A stretch of 64,000 nt of DNA from Fidelibacterota bacterium. GTDB taxonomy: Bacteria; Fidelibacterota; Marinisomatia; SCGC-AAA003-L08; GCA-2689995. A model generated the notes under the pieces. That model saw only the letters and a list, made by a program, of their open reading frames with translations. It searched no databases and had not been told where the DNA came from. Shown piece by piece: positions 19,434-29,949 of the stretch (position 1 is its first letter; each line of letters starts with the position of its first letter). Where the stretch lies: NCBI GenBank assembly GCA_014381925.1, contig JACNKR010000063.1:2375-66374 (forward strand), read 5' to 3'. The position numbers and the translations under genes are program-made.

Positions 19434-21240
19434 ATTGTTGATAATTAGTTTATTCTTATTTTCACTTACTTTTTCTCAAAATATGGGAGTAGAAAATGCC
19501 AAATTATATCAACGAGCCCGGTCTTTAGCTCAAGCAGGTTTAACAGATGAAGCGATGAGTTTATATGATAAATTAATTTCTGCTGACCCTAAAAACCATC
19601 AATTTTATGATGCATATAAACGGTTTTTAAAAAATATTGGTGATCAAGAAAAAATACTTGATATTGCTACACACTATTATAAAAATAATAAAAACAACCC
19701 ATTAGCATATTATGAATGGATTTATGGATTAATTTTAAATCAGAAAGATAATTGGCAAGCAGAAACAGAATTATTTATTAAAAAAAATTATTCAAATAAT
19801 AATTTATTAAGGCAGTTAATATTTTCAATGTATTCCGCAGGGTTATCAAATGAATTAAATTTAATCACGCAATTAATGAGAGAATATAGAAATGAGCCCT
19901 CTTTTCTATCTCGAGAGCTCGGCGATATTTATATAATGAGAATGGATTATAAATCTGGAGTTTTAGAATATATTTTATATCTTCAAAATAATATTAATGA
20001 TGTAAAATTAATTTCAGATAAAATAATGAATATTCCCAAAGATGATTATATTGTTAATTTGGTAAGAGAAATATTGTTGGTGGAAAAAAATGATTTTTCT
20101 AAAATTATTCTATCAAATTTAGAGTTTAGGGAAGAAAATTATCCAACAGCATGGAATATATTAAAATCAAACTCTAAAAATGAAGAATTACAACTTGAAA
20201 TGGGTAAGGATTTATTAGAAAATAAAGAATTTAATTTCGCAGAAATGGTATTTAGGGAAATATTAAATAAAAGTAAAAATAAAAAAGTTATTGAACATTG
20301 TATTTTTAATATTGGAAGAACTTTAGAATTAAAGAGTATTCATAATTCAAATAAATTACCTATTTCTGGGTTTTATAGAGGGAATCCATTCTTTACCCCG
20401 CCATTTATTAGTATTAATAATTTGGATAATTCTCTTGTAAATGCAATTTCAATTTATGATTCATTAAGTATAAATTCAAATTCGCATGATGCAATATTTA
20501 GATTAGCAGAAATAAAATTTAGAGCATTGGGTGATTTAGATGGAGCAAATAAAACATATACTAAAATATTAAAATCTACAAAAAACTATGAGATGAAGAA
20601 AAATTGTGCTCTACGAATAATTGAAATTGATATTGCAAAAGGTGATTTATTTTCTGCAAAAAGCAATATTGAAAAATTTACTCAATTTATTAAGAACAAT
20701 TCTGATAATAATTTAATACGAATTAAATCAGCTCAACTATTAATGTTTGAAGGTGCAAAAGATTCACTCAATAATTATCTCAGAAATACAATGAAATTAA
20801 TGAAATCAACAGATAATGGGTTTAACGATGTACTAGATGTTTTAAGTTTAAATTTAACCTTTCAAAATTCAGGAAATTTTTATTCTGATTTTGGAAAAGC
20901 TCAATTTTTAATACATCAAAATAAAAGACAAGAAGCAATTTATATTTTAGAAGGAATGATGGATATTTCAGATCCATTATTGGCAGAATTAATTCAATAT
21001 CAGACCATTTATTTATATTTAATGCAAAAAGAATATATTCCTGCAATTGAACTCGCATTTATTATGAATGGTGAAACAATTTATTCTGAACTTGCTTTTA
21101 TTTTACAATGTGAAATTGCTGATTATATTCAAAATGATTTTAGTTTAGCAGTTGATTTATATTTAGAATTTTTAGAAAAATATCCAGATAGTATTTATTA
21201 TGACAGTATTCGATTACGACTTAGAGAATTGGCAAGTTAA
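19420..21240 (+). CDS. TPR-like repeat protein with signal peptide
   Basis: Signal-like MNSLKLLIISLFLFSLTFSQ and helical repeat texture (AKLYQRARSLAQAGLTDEAMSLYDKLISADPKN...). Overlaps the upstream gene by 14 nt. Confidence 0.5.
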   Translation: MNSLKLLIISLFLFSLTFSQNMGVENAKLYQRARSLAQAGLTDEAMSLYDKLISADPKNHQFYDAYKRFLKNIGDQEKILDIATHYYKNNKNNPLAYYEWIYGLILNQKDNWQAETELFIKKNYSNNNLLRQLIFSMYSAGLSNELNLITQLMREYRNEPSFLSRELGDIYIMRMDYKSGVLEYILYLQNNINDVKLISDKIMNIPKDDYIVNLVREILLVEKNDFSKIILSNLEFREENYPTAWNILKSNSKNEELQLEMGKDLLENKEFNFAEMVFREILNKSKNKKVIEHCIFNIGRTLELKSIHNSNKLPISGFYRGNPFFTPPFISINNLDNSLVNAISIYDSLSINSNSHDAIFRLAEIKFRALGDLDGANKTYTKILKSTKNYEMKKNCALRIIEIDIAKGDLFSAKSNIEKFTQFIKNNSDNNLIRIKSAQLLMFEGAKDSLNNYLRNTMKLMKSTDNGFNDVLDVLSLNLTFQNSGNFYSDFGKAQFLIHQNKRQEAIYILEGMMDISDPLLAELIQYQTIYLYLMQKEYIPAIELAFIMNGETIYSELAFILQCEIADYIQNDFSLAVDLYLEFLEKYPDSIYYDSIRLRLRELAS

Positions 21241-22497
21241 ATGAAAAAATTATTTTTATACATATTATTTTTATCTCAATCTTTTATTTTTGGTCAAAAA
21301 TATTTAATTCCAATGGACGGTGTGCAAACGGATCATTTAAAGGCCTACGGTATTGTTCATATGATTATCAATAAAGGAATTTCTGTTGAATGGTTATTAA
21401 ATTACAGAGGTGGTTCTTTTATTGTGGATACACATGATTTTATTTCTCGAGAAGGTATTTTACGCGGAGTATTGATAGAAAATATTAATGCATCGGGGTT
21501 AGGACAGATTTATGTAACTGTTGAATCGAATAATATGGATATTATTAAACTAGAAAAATCTGCAAAAATTGCGGTGTATTCACCACCTGAAAAACAACCA
21601 TGGGATGATGCAGTTACACTTGCTCTTACTTACGCAGAAATAGAATATGATGTTATTTTTGATGATGAATTATTAGCGGGGGCTTTAAAAAAATATGACT
21701 GGCTTCATTTACATCATGAAGATTTTACGGGGCAATATGGTAAATTTTATAAAAATTATCATAGTGCTGGTTGGTATATACAGCAAAAAGCAAGTTTTGA
21801 AGCGAGAGCTTCTCGATATGGATATTCATCTGTAAGCGAAATGAAAAAGGCAATTGCACGAATAATTAGAGAATATGTCAAAAAGGGTGGGTTTTTATTT
21901 GCAATGTGTTCAGCAACAGATTCATTTGATATTGCACTTGCATCTGAAAATGTAGATATTGTGGATAGAGTTTATGATGGCACCCCTGTTGAGGCTGATT
22001 ATCGTCAAAAAATGGATTTTACAAAATCAATGGCGTTTGAAAATTATGATTTATATACAAGTCCATTAACTTATGAATATTCAACAATAGATATTCCATC
22101 GAGTCATAAACCAATAGCAAAGGGTGCCGAAGCAGACTATTTTGCTCTATTTGATTTTTCTGCAAAATGGGACCCTGTACCCACAATGCTAACTCAAAAC
22201 CATGTTGATGTTATAAATGGATTTATGGGGCAAACAACAGGATTTCACAGATCAACTTTAAAAAAACATGTCGTTGTTATGGGCGATGTTCCCAATGATG
22301 AAATGGTTAAATATATTCATGGAAATGTCGGTAAAGGAACTTACACTTTTTTAGGCGGACATGACCCTGAAGATTATCGTCATTTTGTAGGAGACCCTGT
22401 TACTGATTTATCTCTTCATCGAAATTCGCCCGGCTATAGATTAATTTTAAATAATGTTTTATTCCCCGCTGCTCGAAAAAAAGAACGAAAAACATAA
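21241..22497 (+). CDS. Secreted class-I glutamine-amidotransferase-like protein (homologs often labelled 'asparagine synthetase B'; function unknown)
   Basis: Signal peptide, KIAVYSPPEKQPWDDAVTLALTYAEIEYDVIFDDELL...YDWLHLHHEDFTGQYGKFY, and a nucleophile-elbow-like FLFAMCSATD. The start abuts the upstream stop. Confidence 0.4.
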   Translation: MKKLFLYILFLSQSFIFGQKYLIPMDGVQTDHLKAYGIVHMIINKGISVEWLLNYRGGSFIVDTHDFISREGILRGVLIENINASGLGQIYVTVESNNMDIIKLEKSAKIAVYSPPEKQPWDDAVTLALTYAEIEYDVIFDDELLAGALKKYDWLHLHHEDFTGQYGKFYKNYHSAGWYIQQKASFEARASRYGYSSVSEMKKAIARIIREYVKKGGFLFAMCSATDSFDIALASENVDIVDRVYDGTPVEADYRQKMDFTKSMAFENYDLYTSPLTYEYSTIDIPSSHKPIAKGAEADYFALFDFSAKWDPVPTMLTQNHVDVINGFMGQTTGFHRSTLKKHVVVMGDVPNDEMVKYIHGNVGKGTYTFLGGHDPEDYRHFVGDPVTDLSLHRNSPGYRLILNNVLFPAARKKERKT

Positions 22498-22578
22498 ATT
22501 CTCATTTTAATTCTATAGACTGAAGAAAAGATGAGCCTTCAATTAAATTACTGTATAGAAACTAATATAAATCTATAA

Positions 22579-24354
22579 TTAACTATTCTTTTTACCCGTT
22601 TGAATTTGCCATAAATGATTATATATGCCATTATGATTGATCAGCTTATCGTGTGTTCCTGATTCTGCAATTTTACCTTTATCTAAAACTATAATTTGGT
22701 CCGCATTGCGAATAGTTGAAAGTCTATGAGCAATAATAATTGTCGTTCTATCTTTTGCAATATTTTCTAATGCATTCTGAATTAATTGTTCTGTTTCATT
22801 ATCTACTGAAGATGTAGCTTCATCAAAAATTAAAATAGGAGGATCTTTATAAATAGCTCTTGCAATTGTTAATCGTTGTTTTTGACCAACACTTAATCGT
22901 TGTCCACGCTCTCCAATAATGGTGTCAAATCCATTTGGTAGATTTTCAATAAATTCTAAAGAATGACTTATTTTAGACGCTTTTTTAATTTTTTCTACAT
23001 TATTTGGAGGGAATGGATAAGATATATTTTCTTTAATAGTCCCTTCAAATAAATGAAGTTCTTGATTTACAAACCCAATACTTTCTCGTAAACTAAAAAG
23101 TGTTAATTTTTTTAAATCTTGACCACCAATGCAAATAGAACCATTCTGAATATCATACAGTCGGAGTAATAATTTAATTAAAGTGGTTTTTCCCGACCCC
23201 GTTTGCCCAACAATTCCAATTGTTTTACCATTCAAAATTGTTAAATTAAATTTTTTAAATACAGGCGAATTATTGGGATATTTAAAATGTACATTTTCAA
23301 AAATAATATCGTTCTTTGGATTTATTAATTCTTCTGAATCATTATTTTCTTTTACCGATTTTTTTAATTCCAATATTGATAATATTCTTCCCGTGGAAGC
23401 CATTGATCGTTCAAATTGATCTATTGTTTCTCCCAATGTTGTAAATGGCCATAAAAACCGTTGTGTTAGAAATACCAGTACACTAAACGAACCAACAGCT
23501 ATAGCCCCATTCATAGTCATAAAACTACCAATAATTAAAGTTGCTAAAAACCCAGACAATACTCCAATTCGAATAACTGGCACGAATGCAGAACTTAATT
23601 TGATTGCTTTATTATTACTTTCTCTATAATCACTACTTAATTGATCAATTCGTTCATATTCATTCCCTTCAGATGTAAAACTTTTAATTGTAATAATTCC
23701 ATTTAAGTTATTGAATATAGCTGAACTAATTCGCCCAACGGCTTCCCTAACGGCAATATATCTTGGTGATAAGTTTTTCTGAAAATAAAATGCAATTGTA
23801 ATAATTATCGGCACAGGAAAAATGCTTACAAATGCAATAATTGGTGAAACATAAAAAAATACAGCACCAATTGTTATTGTAGAAACAATCAATTGAATAA
23901 TATTATTTATTCCCGAATCTAAGAATCGCTCTAATTGATTAACATCATCATTTAATATTGCTGTTATATTTCCTATTCTTTGATTTTCATGCCATTCTAA
24001 GTCTAAATGTTGAATATGATTATAAGCATCAAGCCGAATATCATGCTCTACAGATTGTGCAATTCCACGCCAAGTAATTGAATGTAAATATTGAAAAAGG
24101 GATTCAAATACCCAAATGAAAAAAGTAACAATTGCTAAAATTGTAACTTGACTCTTTGGGTTTGAGAAACCAAGAGATGCAATGAAGCTATCTTGTTGCT
24201 TAATTACGAGGTCAACAGCAAAACCAATTAATATTTCTGGCATGATGTCAAATAGTTTATTCATTATAGAAAAAAAAGTTGCCAGTATAATTTTTGCTCG
24301 CCATGGCAATGTATAATATAAAAAATCTTTGAATATTGAATATGAATTGGTCAT
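22579..24354 (-). CDS. ABC exporter, fused permease/ATPase (MsbA-like)
   Basis: Six-TM N-terminal domain, Walker A GQTGSGKTT, signature LSVGQKQR, Walker B ILIFDEATS. Confidence 0.85.
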   Translation of the reverse strand: MTNSYSIFKDFLYYTLPWRAKIILATFFSIMNKLFDIMPEILIGFAVDLVIKQQDSFIASLGFSNPKSQVTILAIVTFFIWVFESLFQYLHSITWRGIAQSVEHDIRLDAYNHIQHLDLEWHENQRIGNITAILNDDVNQLERFLDSGINNIIQLIVSTITIGAVFFYVSPIIAFVSIFPVPIIITIAFYFQKNLSPRYIAVREAVGRISSAIFNNLNGIITIKSFTSEGNEYERIDQLSSDYRESNNKAIKLSSAFVPVIRIGVLSGFLATLIIGSFMTMNGAIAVGSFSVLVFLTQRFLWPFTTLGETIDQFERSMASTGRILSILELKKSVKENNDSEELINPKNDIIFENVHFKYPNNSPVFKKFNLTILNGKTIGIVGQTGSGKTTLIKLLLRLYDIQNGSICIGGQDLKKLTLFSLRESIGFVNQELHLFEGTIKENISYPFPPNNVEKIKKASKISHSLEFIENLPNGFDTIIGERGQRLSVGQKQRLTIARAIYKDPPILIFDEATSSVDNETEQLIQNALENIAKDRTTIIIAHRLSTIRNADQIIVLDKGKIAESGTHDKLINHNGIYNHLWQIQTGKKNS

Positions 24355-24515
24355 TATCTACTTTAAATTTGCTAAAAACTTATTAGGTATTTATTAAATA
24401 AAAAAAGATAAATTGAAGAAATATTAATTTCGTTCCTATTTGTTACTCAATCTTTACCTATTTAAATTTACTACCTTATAACTCACTTATATTTTAGAAA
24501 GAGACATATTTAATT

Positions 24516-27506
24516 ATGCCAAAAATTTTAACAAATATAATTTTACTATTTCAAATTAGTTTATTTCAATTTTTATTTTCAAATATTAAACCAATTACTA
24601 ATTTGCAAGAACACCAACCCGATGTATTTGCATTGATACATGCAAAAGTTCAATTAAATCCCGTAGATATTATTGAAGATGCAACGATAATTATAAGAGG
24701 ATCAAGAATTGAAGCCGTTGGAAATGATATTCAAATACCTCGTGATGCATTTGAAATTGATTTAACAGATAAAACCGTTTATCCTGGTTTTATTGATAGC
24801 TGGTTTGAATATGCCCAACCAGATTCTTTGCAAAATCATAATTCACATTGGAATAGTAAAGTACACCCTGAATTTAATTCAGGAAATTCCCCTGAAATTT
24901 CAAAAAAACAATTAAATGAATTTTATTTAAATGGAATAACCGCTGTCCATATTGTTCCAAATAAAGGAATATTTAGAGGAGAATCAGCAGTAAGATTATT
25001 AAACTCAAATCAGCAAAATATAGAAAATTCGCCTACCCAAGTACTTGCATTTGAAACTTTTGGATGGGGGGCTGATGAATATCCTGGCTCTCTATTGGGG
25101 ACAATAGCCTTATTAAGGCAAACTTTTTATGATGTATTATGGTATAAAAGAGCAAAAACAGCATACAAATCAAACCCTCAACAAAATGAACCAATTCGTC
25201 GAAACCTATCATTAGAATCTATTCAATCTCATTTAGATAATAATGGGAAGTTTATTTTTCGAACAGGTGATGAAATTGCAACTCTCCGTGCATTTAATAT
25301 AGCAGAAGAATTTGGATTAAATTTTTGGATTAAATCTAATGGATATGAGTACAGACGATTAAATGAATTTAAAAAGAAAAATTCATTTTTTGTTCTTCCA
25401 TTACATTTTCAACCCAAACCAAAAGTTTCAAATCCTCAAGATGCTTTATCCTATTCAACAACTAAATTAAAACATTGGATAATGGCACCAAAAAATCCTG
25501 CAATATTAGATAGTGCAAAAATACCATTTTCATTTACAGTAGATGGGATAAAGAAAAAATCTGACTTTAGAAAAAATTTAATAAATATTGTTCAAAAACA
25601 TGGTTTGCTCAAACAAACCGCATTAAAAGCACTCACCATTCATCCCGCAAAAAAATTAGGATTAGAAAATCAATTAGGGCAAATTAGTGAGGGGTTTTTA
25701 GCAAATTTAATAATAACCAGTGGTGATTATTTTGATAAAAAATCAAAAGTTGAATCAGTATGGGTTGCAGGTGAAGAACATAAACTCGCTATTGATAATA
25801 GCACTCATTTTAATGGGGCATGGACTTTTATTGGATTTGAAAAAACAGGGGAATTAATATTTTCTAAAAAAGGGGGTAGCTTATATTTAGATGAAATTTC
25901 AATTCCTTTAAAAAATATAAATTATAGTCGACATCAAATTTCTTTTACTGCTTCATTAGATACTATAAATTTAAATGGAGTTTCTCAATTTATAGGTAAT
26001 ATTGAAAAAAATAAATTAATTGGAAGTGTTTTATTATCAAATGGAAACACCGCAAAGTGGAATGCTATAAGAAATGACTTTGAAATTAATGATAGAAAAC
26101 CAATAAAATTGAACGATTTTTCAATGCCAATATTATATCCTGAGGGTGCGTATGGTTTGGAAAAATTACATCAACAGCCAAAAATAGTATTGGTGAAAAA
26201 TGCAACTATTTGGACAAGTGGAGAAAAAGGTATCCTTGAAAATACGGATTTATTAGTTAGAAATGGGCTTATACATAATATTGCACCAAATATTACACCA
26301 CCCGAAAATGCAATAGTAATAAATGCACGCGGAAAACATATTTCTCCAGGATTAATAGATTGCCATAGCCATTCGGCTACATCTGCAATAAATGAAGGCA
26401 CTCAATCTGTTACTTCTGAAGTAAGAATAAGAGATGTTCTTGATAGTGATGATATTGCTATTTATAGAGAACTTGCTGGCGGATTAACCATTGCAAATAT
26501 TTTACATGGCTCTGCAAATGCGATTGGAGGGCAAAATGCTGTAATTAAATTAAGATGGGGACAATCACCTGAAAGCTTATTATATAAAAATGCACCACAA
26601 GGAATAAAATTCGCTTTAGGAGAAAATGTAAAACAGTCTAATTGGGGTGATGAGTATACAACACGATATCCTCAAACTCGAATGGGGGTTGAACAAGTCA
26701 TTAGAAATGCATTTGATAGAGCGATTGAATATCAAAAACAATGGCAAATTTATAATCAAAAAATAATTCAAAAAGCTCAAATTGATAAAATTCCGCCAAG
26801 ACGAGATTTAGAATTAGATGCACTTGTAGAAATTCTTAAGGGTATAAGAAAAATTCATTGTCATTCATATAGACAAGATGAAATTTTAATGCTATCTCGG
26901 ATTGCAGATGATTATGGGTTTACAATTGGTACATTTCAACATGTATTAGAAGGATATAAAGTTGCAGATAGAATTGCTGAACATGGTGCAGGAGCATCTA
27001 CTTTTAGTGATTGGTGGGCATATAAGTTTGAAGTTATTGATGCAATTCCATATAATGGTGCATTAATGCATGATGTTGGGATAACGGTTTCTTTTAATTC
27101 AGATTCTGATGAATTAGCAAGAAGAATGAATTTAGAATCTGCAAAGGCCGTGAAATATGGTGGAATTAGTGAAGAAGAGGCTCTAAAATTTGTAACAATA
27201 AACCCTGCAATACAGTTAGGTATTGATGAATGGGTCGGTTCATTAGAAATTGGAAAAGAAGCAGATTTTGTAATTTGGTCGGGACATCCATTGTCAACCA
27301 TGTCTAAATGTGAACAAACATGGATTGACGGAACTCAATATTTTTCAATTGATGAAGATTTAAAATTAAGAGAAAGAGATAAAAAATATAGATCAGAAAT
27401 TATACAATATATTTTATCTGACTCAAAACCAACAACCGAATATTTAAAACCGGATACAGAACATTCACATAAAGAACATGGCTGTTTAGAAGGAGTCGGA
27501 AAATGA
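24516..27506 (+). CDS. Tandem amidohydrolase-superfamily protein (degenerate N-terminal module plus catalytic-looking C-terminal module)
   Basis: Module 1 has YPGFIDSWFEY where the HxH motif is expected. Module 2 has ISPGLIDCHSHSA (26341-26380) plus downstream HCHSY and NSDSDE. Confidence 0.75.
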   Translation: MPKILTNIILLFQISLFQFLFSNIKPITNLQEHQPDVFALIHAKVQLNPVDIIEDATIIIRGSRIEAVGNDIQIPRDAFEIDLTDKTVYPGFIDSWFEYAQPDSLQNHNSHWNSKVHPEFNSGNSPEISKKQLNEFYLNGITAVHIVPNKGIFRGESAVRLLNSNQQNIENSPTQVLAFETFGWGADEYPGSLLGTIALLRQTFYDVLWYKRAKTAYKSNPQQNEPIRRNLSLESIQSHLDNNGKFIFRTGDEIATLRAFNIAEEFGLNFWIKSNGYEYRRLNEFKKKNSFFVLPLHFQPKPKVSNPQDALSYSTTKLKHWIMAPKNPAILDSAKIPFSFTVDGIKKKSDFRKNLINIVQKHGLLKQTALKALTIHPAKKLGLENQLGQISEGFLANLIITSGDYFDKKSKVESVWVAGEEHKLAIDNSTHFNGAWTFIGFEKTGELIFSKKGGSLYLDEISIPLKNINYSRHQISFTASLDTINLNGVSQFIGNIEKNKLIGSVLLSNGNTAKWNAIRNDFEINDRKPIKLNDFSMPILYPEGAYGLEKLHQQPKIVLVKNATIWTSGEKGILENTDLLVRNGLIHNIAPNITPPENAIVINARGKHISPGLIDCHSHSATSAINEGTQSVTSEVRIRDVLDSDDIAIYRELAGGLTIANILHGSANAIGGQNAVIKLRWGQSPESLLYKNAPQGIKFALGENVKQSNWGDEYTTRYPQTRMGVEQVIRNAFDRAIEYQKQWQIYNQKIIQKAQIDKIPPRRDLELDALVEILKGIRKIHCHSYRQDEILMLSRIADDYGFTIGTFQHVLEGYKVADRIAEHGAGASTFSDWWAYKFEVIDAIPYNGALMHDVGITVSFNSDSDELARRMNLESAKAVKYGGISEEEALKFVTINPAIQLGIDEWVGSLEIGKEADFVIWSGHPLSTMSKCEQTWIDGTQYFSIDEDLKLRERDKKYRSEIIQYILSDSKPTTEYLKPDTEHSHKEHGCLEGVGK

Positions 27507-28807
27507 AAATTATAATATTATTTATTATTTCAATATTAATTTCATCAGATCAAATTCCTGCTCCAGAACAATCTCAGCCTATTTTATTAAAAAATGGAAT
27601 TTTGCATACAATTAGTAATGGAACAGTTCAAGGTCCCGATATATTATTTAATAATGGAAAAATTATTGCTATTGGACATGGAATTGAAATTACAAAAGAT
27701 ACTCAAATTATGGATATTTCAGGTAAACATATATATCCTGGATTAATTTCAGCAGGGTCCTCACTTGGGCTTCAAGAAGTGAATGCAGTAAGAGCAACTA
27801 GAGATTATGCAGAAACAGGGTCTATTAATTCTAATGTAAGAGCAAATGTAAGTTATAACCCTGACTCTGAACTTATACCTGTTACGCGGAGTAATGGAAT
27901 TTTATTAGCACATGTAATTCCAAAATCAGGACGAATCCCCGGAATTTCTTCAGTTATGATGTTAGATGGTTGGACATGGGAAGATTGTACTTTAAAACAT
28001 CCAATAGCAATGAATATGAATTGGCCTTCAATGGAATTGAATTTAAATTCGTGGAATAAAAAAAGTCACAAAGATCAAATTGAAGAAAGAGATATGGCAT
28101 TAGATGAAATTAATAATTTATTTAATTCAGCAAGGGCATATAATAAATTAGATCAAACAAGTCCTGAGTTTAAATCAAATCCAAGACTAGAAGCGCTTTC
28201 ACAAGTGATTTCAGGTAAGTTATTACTCATAATTAAAGCAAATACGGTAAAACAAATTGAGTCTGCTGTATATTGGAGTGTAAAGCAGAATATTAAAATA
28301 GCAATATTAGGTGGTAGAGATTCATGGAGGGCAACCGAATTGTTAAAAGAAAAAAATATACCCGTAATATATGAAAGTGTCTTGTCTGTTCCTGCTCGGA
28401 GGTTTGAAGATTATGATCAACCATATAAAACACCAAAATTATTATTTGATGCGGGAGTCCGATTTTGTATTACTAACAGTACAAGCCCATTCCAGACCCC
28501 TCATTTAAGAGATCTACCCTATCATGCATCAATGGCAACCGCTTTTGGGCTGGATGCTGAAGAAGCAATTAAATCGATTACACTATCTACAGCTGAAATA
28601 TTAGGTATAGATATTAATGTTGGTTCATTAGAAACGGGCAAAGATGCAACTTTATTTATTTCAAATGGAGATATATTAGATATTCGGTCTAATGTTGAAC
28701 AGGCATTTATAAATGGTAAAGAAATTGACATGTCTGACCGACATAAAATGTTATATAAAAAATATACTGAAAAGTATATACAAAAAGGTATTTTACTAAA
28801 TGAATAA
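27503..28807 (+). CDS. Amidohydrolase-fold protein lacking the HxH metal motif
   Basis: IYPGLISAGSSLGLQE in place of PGxIDxHxH. C-terminal GSLETGKDATLFI is typical of the family. ATGA overlap with the upstream gene. Confidence 0.7.
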   Translation: MKIIILFIISILISSDQIPAPEQSQPILLKNGILHTISNGTVQGPDILFNNGKIIAIGHGIEITKDTQIMDISGKHIYPGLISAGSSLGLQEVNAVRATRDYAETGSINSNVRANVSYNPDSELIPVTRSNGILLAHVIPKSGRIPGISSVMMLDGWTWEDCTLKHPIAMNMNWPSMELNLNSWNKKSHKDQIEERDMALDEINNLFNSARAYNKLDQTSPEFKSNPRLEALSQVISGKLLLIIKANTVKQIESAVYWSVKQNIKIAILGGRDSWRATELLKEKNIPVIYESVLSVPARRFEDYDQPYKTPKLLFDAGVRFCITNSTSPFQTPHLRDLPYHASMATAFGLDAEEAIKSITLSTAEILGIDINVGSLETGKDATLFISNGDILDIRSNVEQAFINGKEIDMSDRHKMLYKKYTEKYIQKGILLNE

Positions 28808-28845
28808 ATTTGTAATTTGAACCCCTAAAAAATGGTTTATGAATC

Positions 28846-29949
28846 TTGAATAAGTTTATATTATTATCAATTATTTTATTTTTTGTTTCTTGTGGTGGCG
28901 GATTTAACCAAGATGTTAAAGGTCCAAAAGTTACTTTATTGTACCCCAATATTGGATATGTTGCATCTGATTCAGTCGAGGTAAGGTATGAAGTTTCAGA
29001 TGATTCTCAAGTGTTTAAAATGAATTTACGCTTGAATGGATTTGAGGAATTCATTATGAATACAGACTTATCCTCCCCTAATATATTTTATTATATGTTA
29101 TATGTTGCAGAATTTGAATCGGGTAGTATCACAATTCAAGGTGTTGGTGAAGATGAATTTGGGAATGTCGGCGAATCAGCAGAAGCGGAAATCTTTATCG
29201 ATAATAGTTTACGATTTATTAATATACCTTCTGGCATATTTACTGATTCGGGAAATAATGAAACTGAAATCCCATATGATTACCAAATGATGACTTATCC
29301 CGTCACCGTTGGGCAATATCTTGTATTCCTTAATGAAGCTTATACAAATGGTGTTATTACAATTTCTGGAAATAAAATTAAAGGAAATGTTGCAACCATA
29401 CCAGCAATAAATGATTTTATTACTTTTGGAGATTCTTCATCTGTTCATCATTTAGGTGCAATTGAAATGAATAATAATAAATTTAAAGCAATGGATAGCA
29501 CTTACATTAATCATCCAATTACAGGTGTAACTTGGTATGGTGCAACGGCATTTGCAGAATATTATAAAATGAGATTACCTTCTGTATTAGAATGGGAAAA
29601 AGTTGCAAGGGGAATTACAGGCTACGCATATCCATGGGGAAATGAAAATAATTCAAATCGATCAAATTTTGATAATTCAGGTGACCCTTGGGATTCGGGT
29701 ACAACACCGGTAGGATATTATAATGGAATTAATATAAGTACTATCGATAGTAAGTCACCCTTTGGTGCGTATGATATGGCTGGAAATGTATGGGAATGGA
29801 CGAGTGAAATTAATTCTGTGAATAAATATATTTTAAAAGGAGGTTCTTATCAAAACCCTGCTTTTAATCAAACAACTACAATTGAACATACATCTTACCC
29901 CGCCGATATACTTTCTAATTTTGGGTTTAGATGTGCTCGTGACCTTTAA
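28846..29949 (+). CDS. Lipoprotein with an Ig-like N-terminal region and a formylglycine-generating-enzyme (SUMF1/FGE, C-type-lectin-fold) domain
   Basis: TTG start, lipobox LFFVSC. HPITGVTWYGATAFAEYY...LEWEKVARG...YPWGNE...YDMAGNVWEWTSE...GGSYQN...GFRCARDL. Confidence 0.75.
   Translation: MNKFILLSIILFFVSCGGGFNQDVKGPKVTLLYPNIGYVASDSVEVRYEVSDDSQVFKMNLRLNGFEEFIMNTDLSSPNIFYYMLYVAEFESGSITIQGVGEDEFGNVGESAEAEIFIDNSLRFINIPSGIFTDSGNNETEIPYDYQMMTYPVTVGQYLVFLNEAYTNGVITISGNKIKGNVATIPAINDFITFGDSSSVHHLGAIEMNNNKFKAMDSTYINHPITGVTWYGATAFAEYYKMRLPSVLEWEKVARGITGYAYPWGNENNSNRSNFDNSGDPWDSGTTPVGYYNGINISTIDSKSPFGAYDMAGNVWEWTSEINSVNKYILKGGSYQNPAFNQTTTIEHTSYPADILSNFGFRCARDL

Noticed and set aside
28846-29949. Diversity-generating retroelement (the FGE/CLec C-terminus as a variable region)
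   Set aside because: No reverse transcriptase ORF occurs anywhere in the window, and I could find no second copy (template repeat) of the last ~150 nt. The region downstream is occupied by menE on the other strand.
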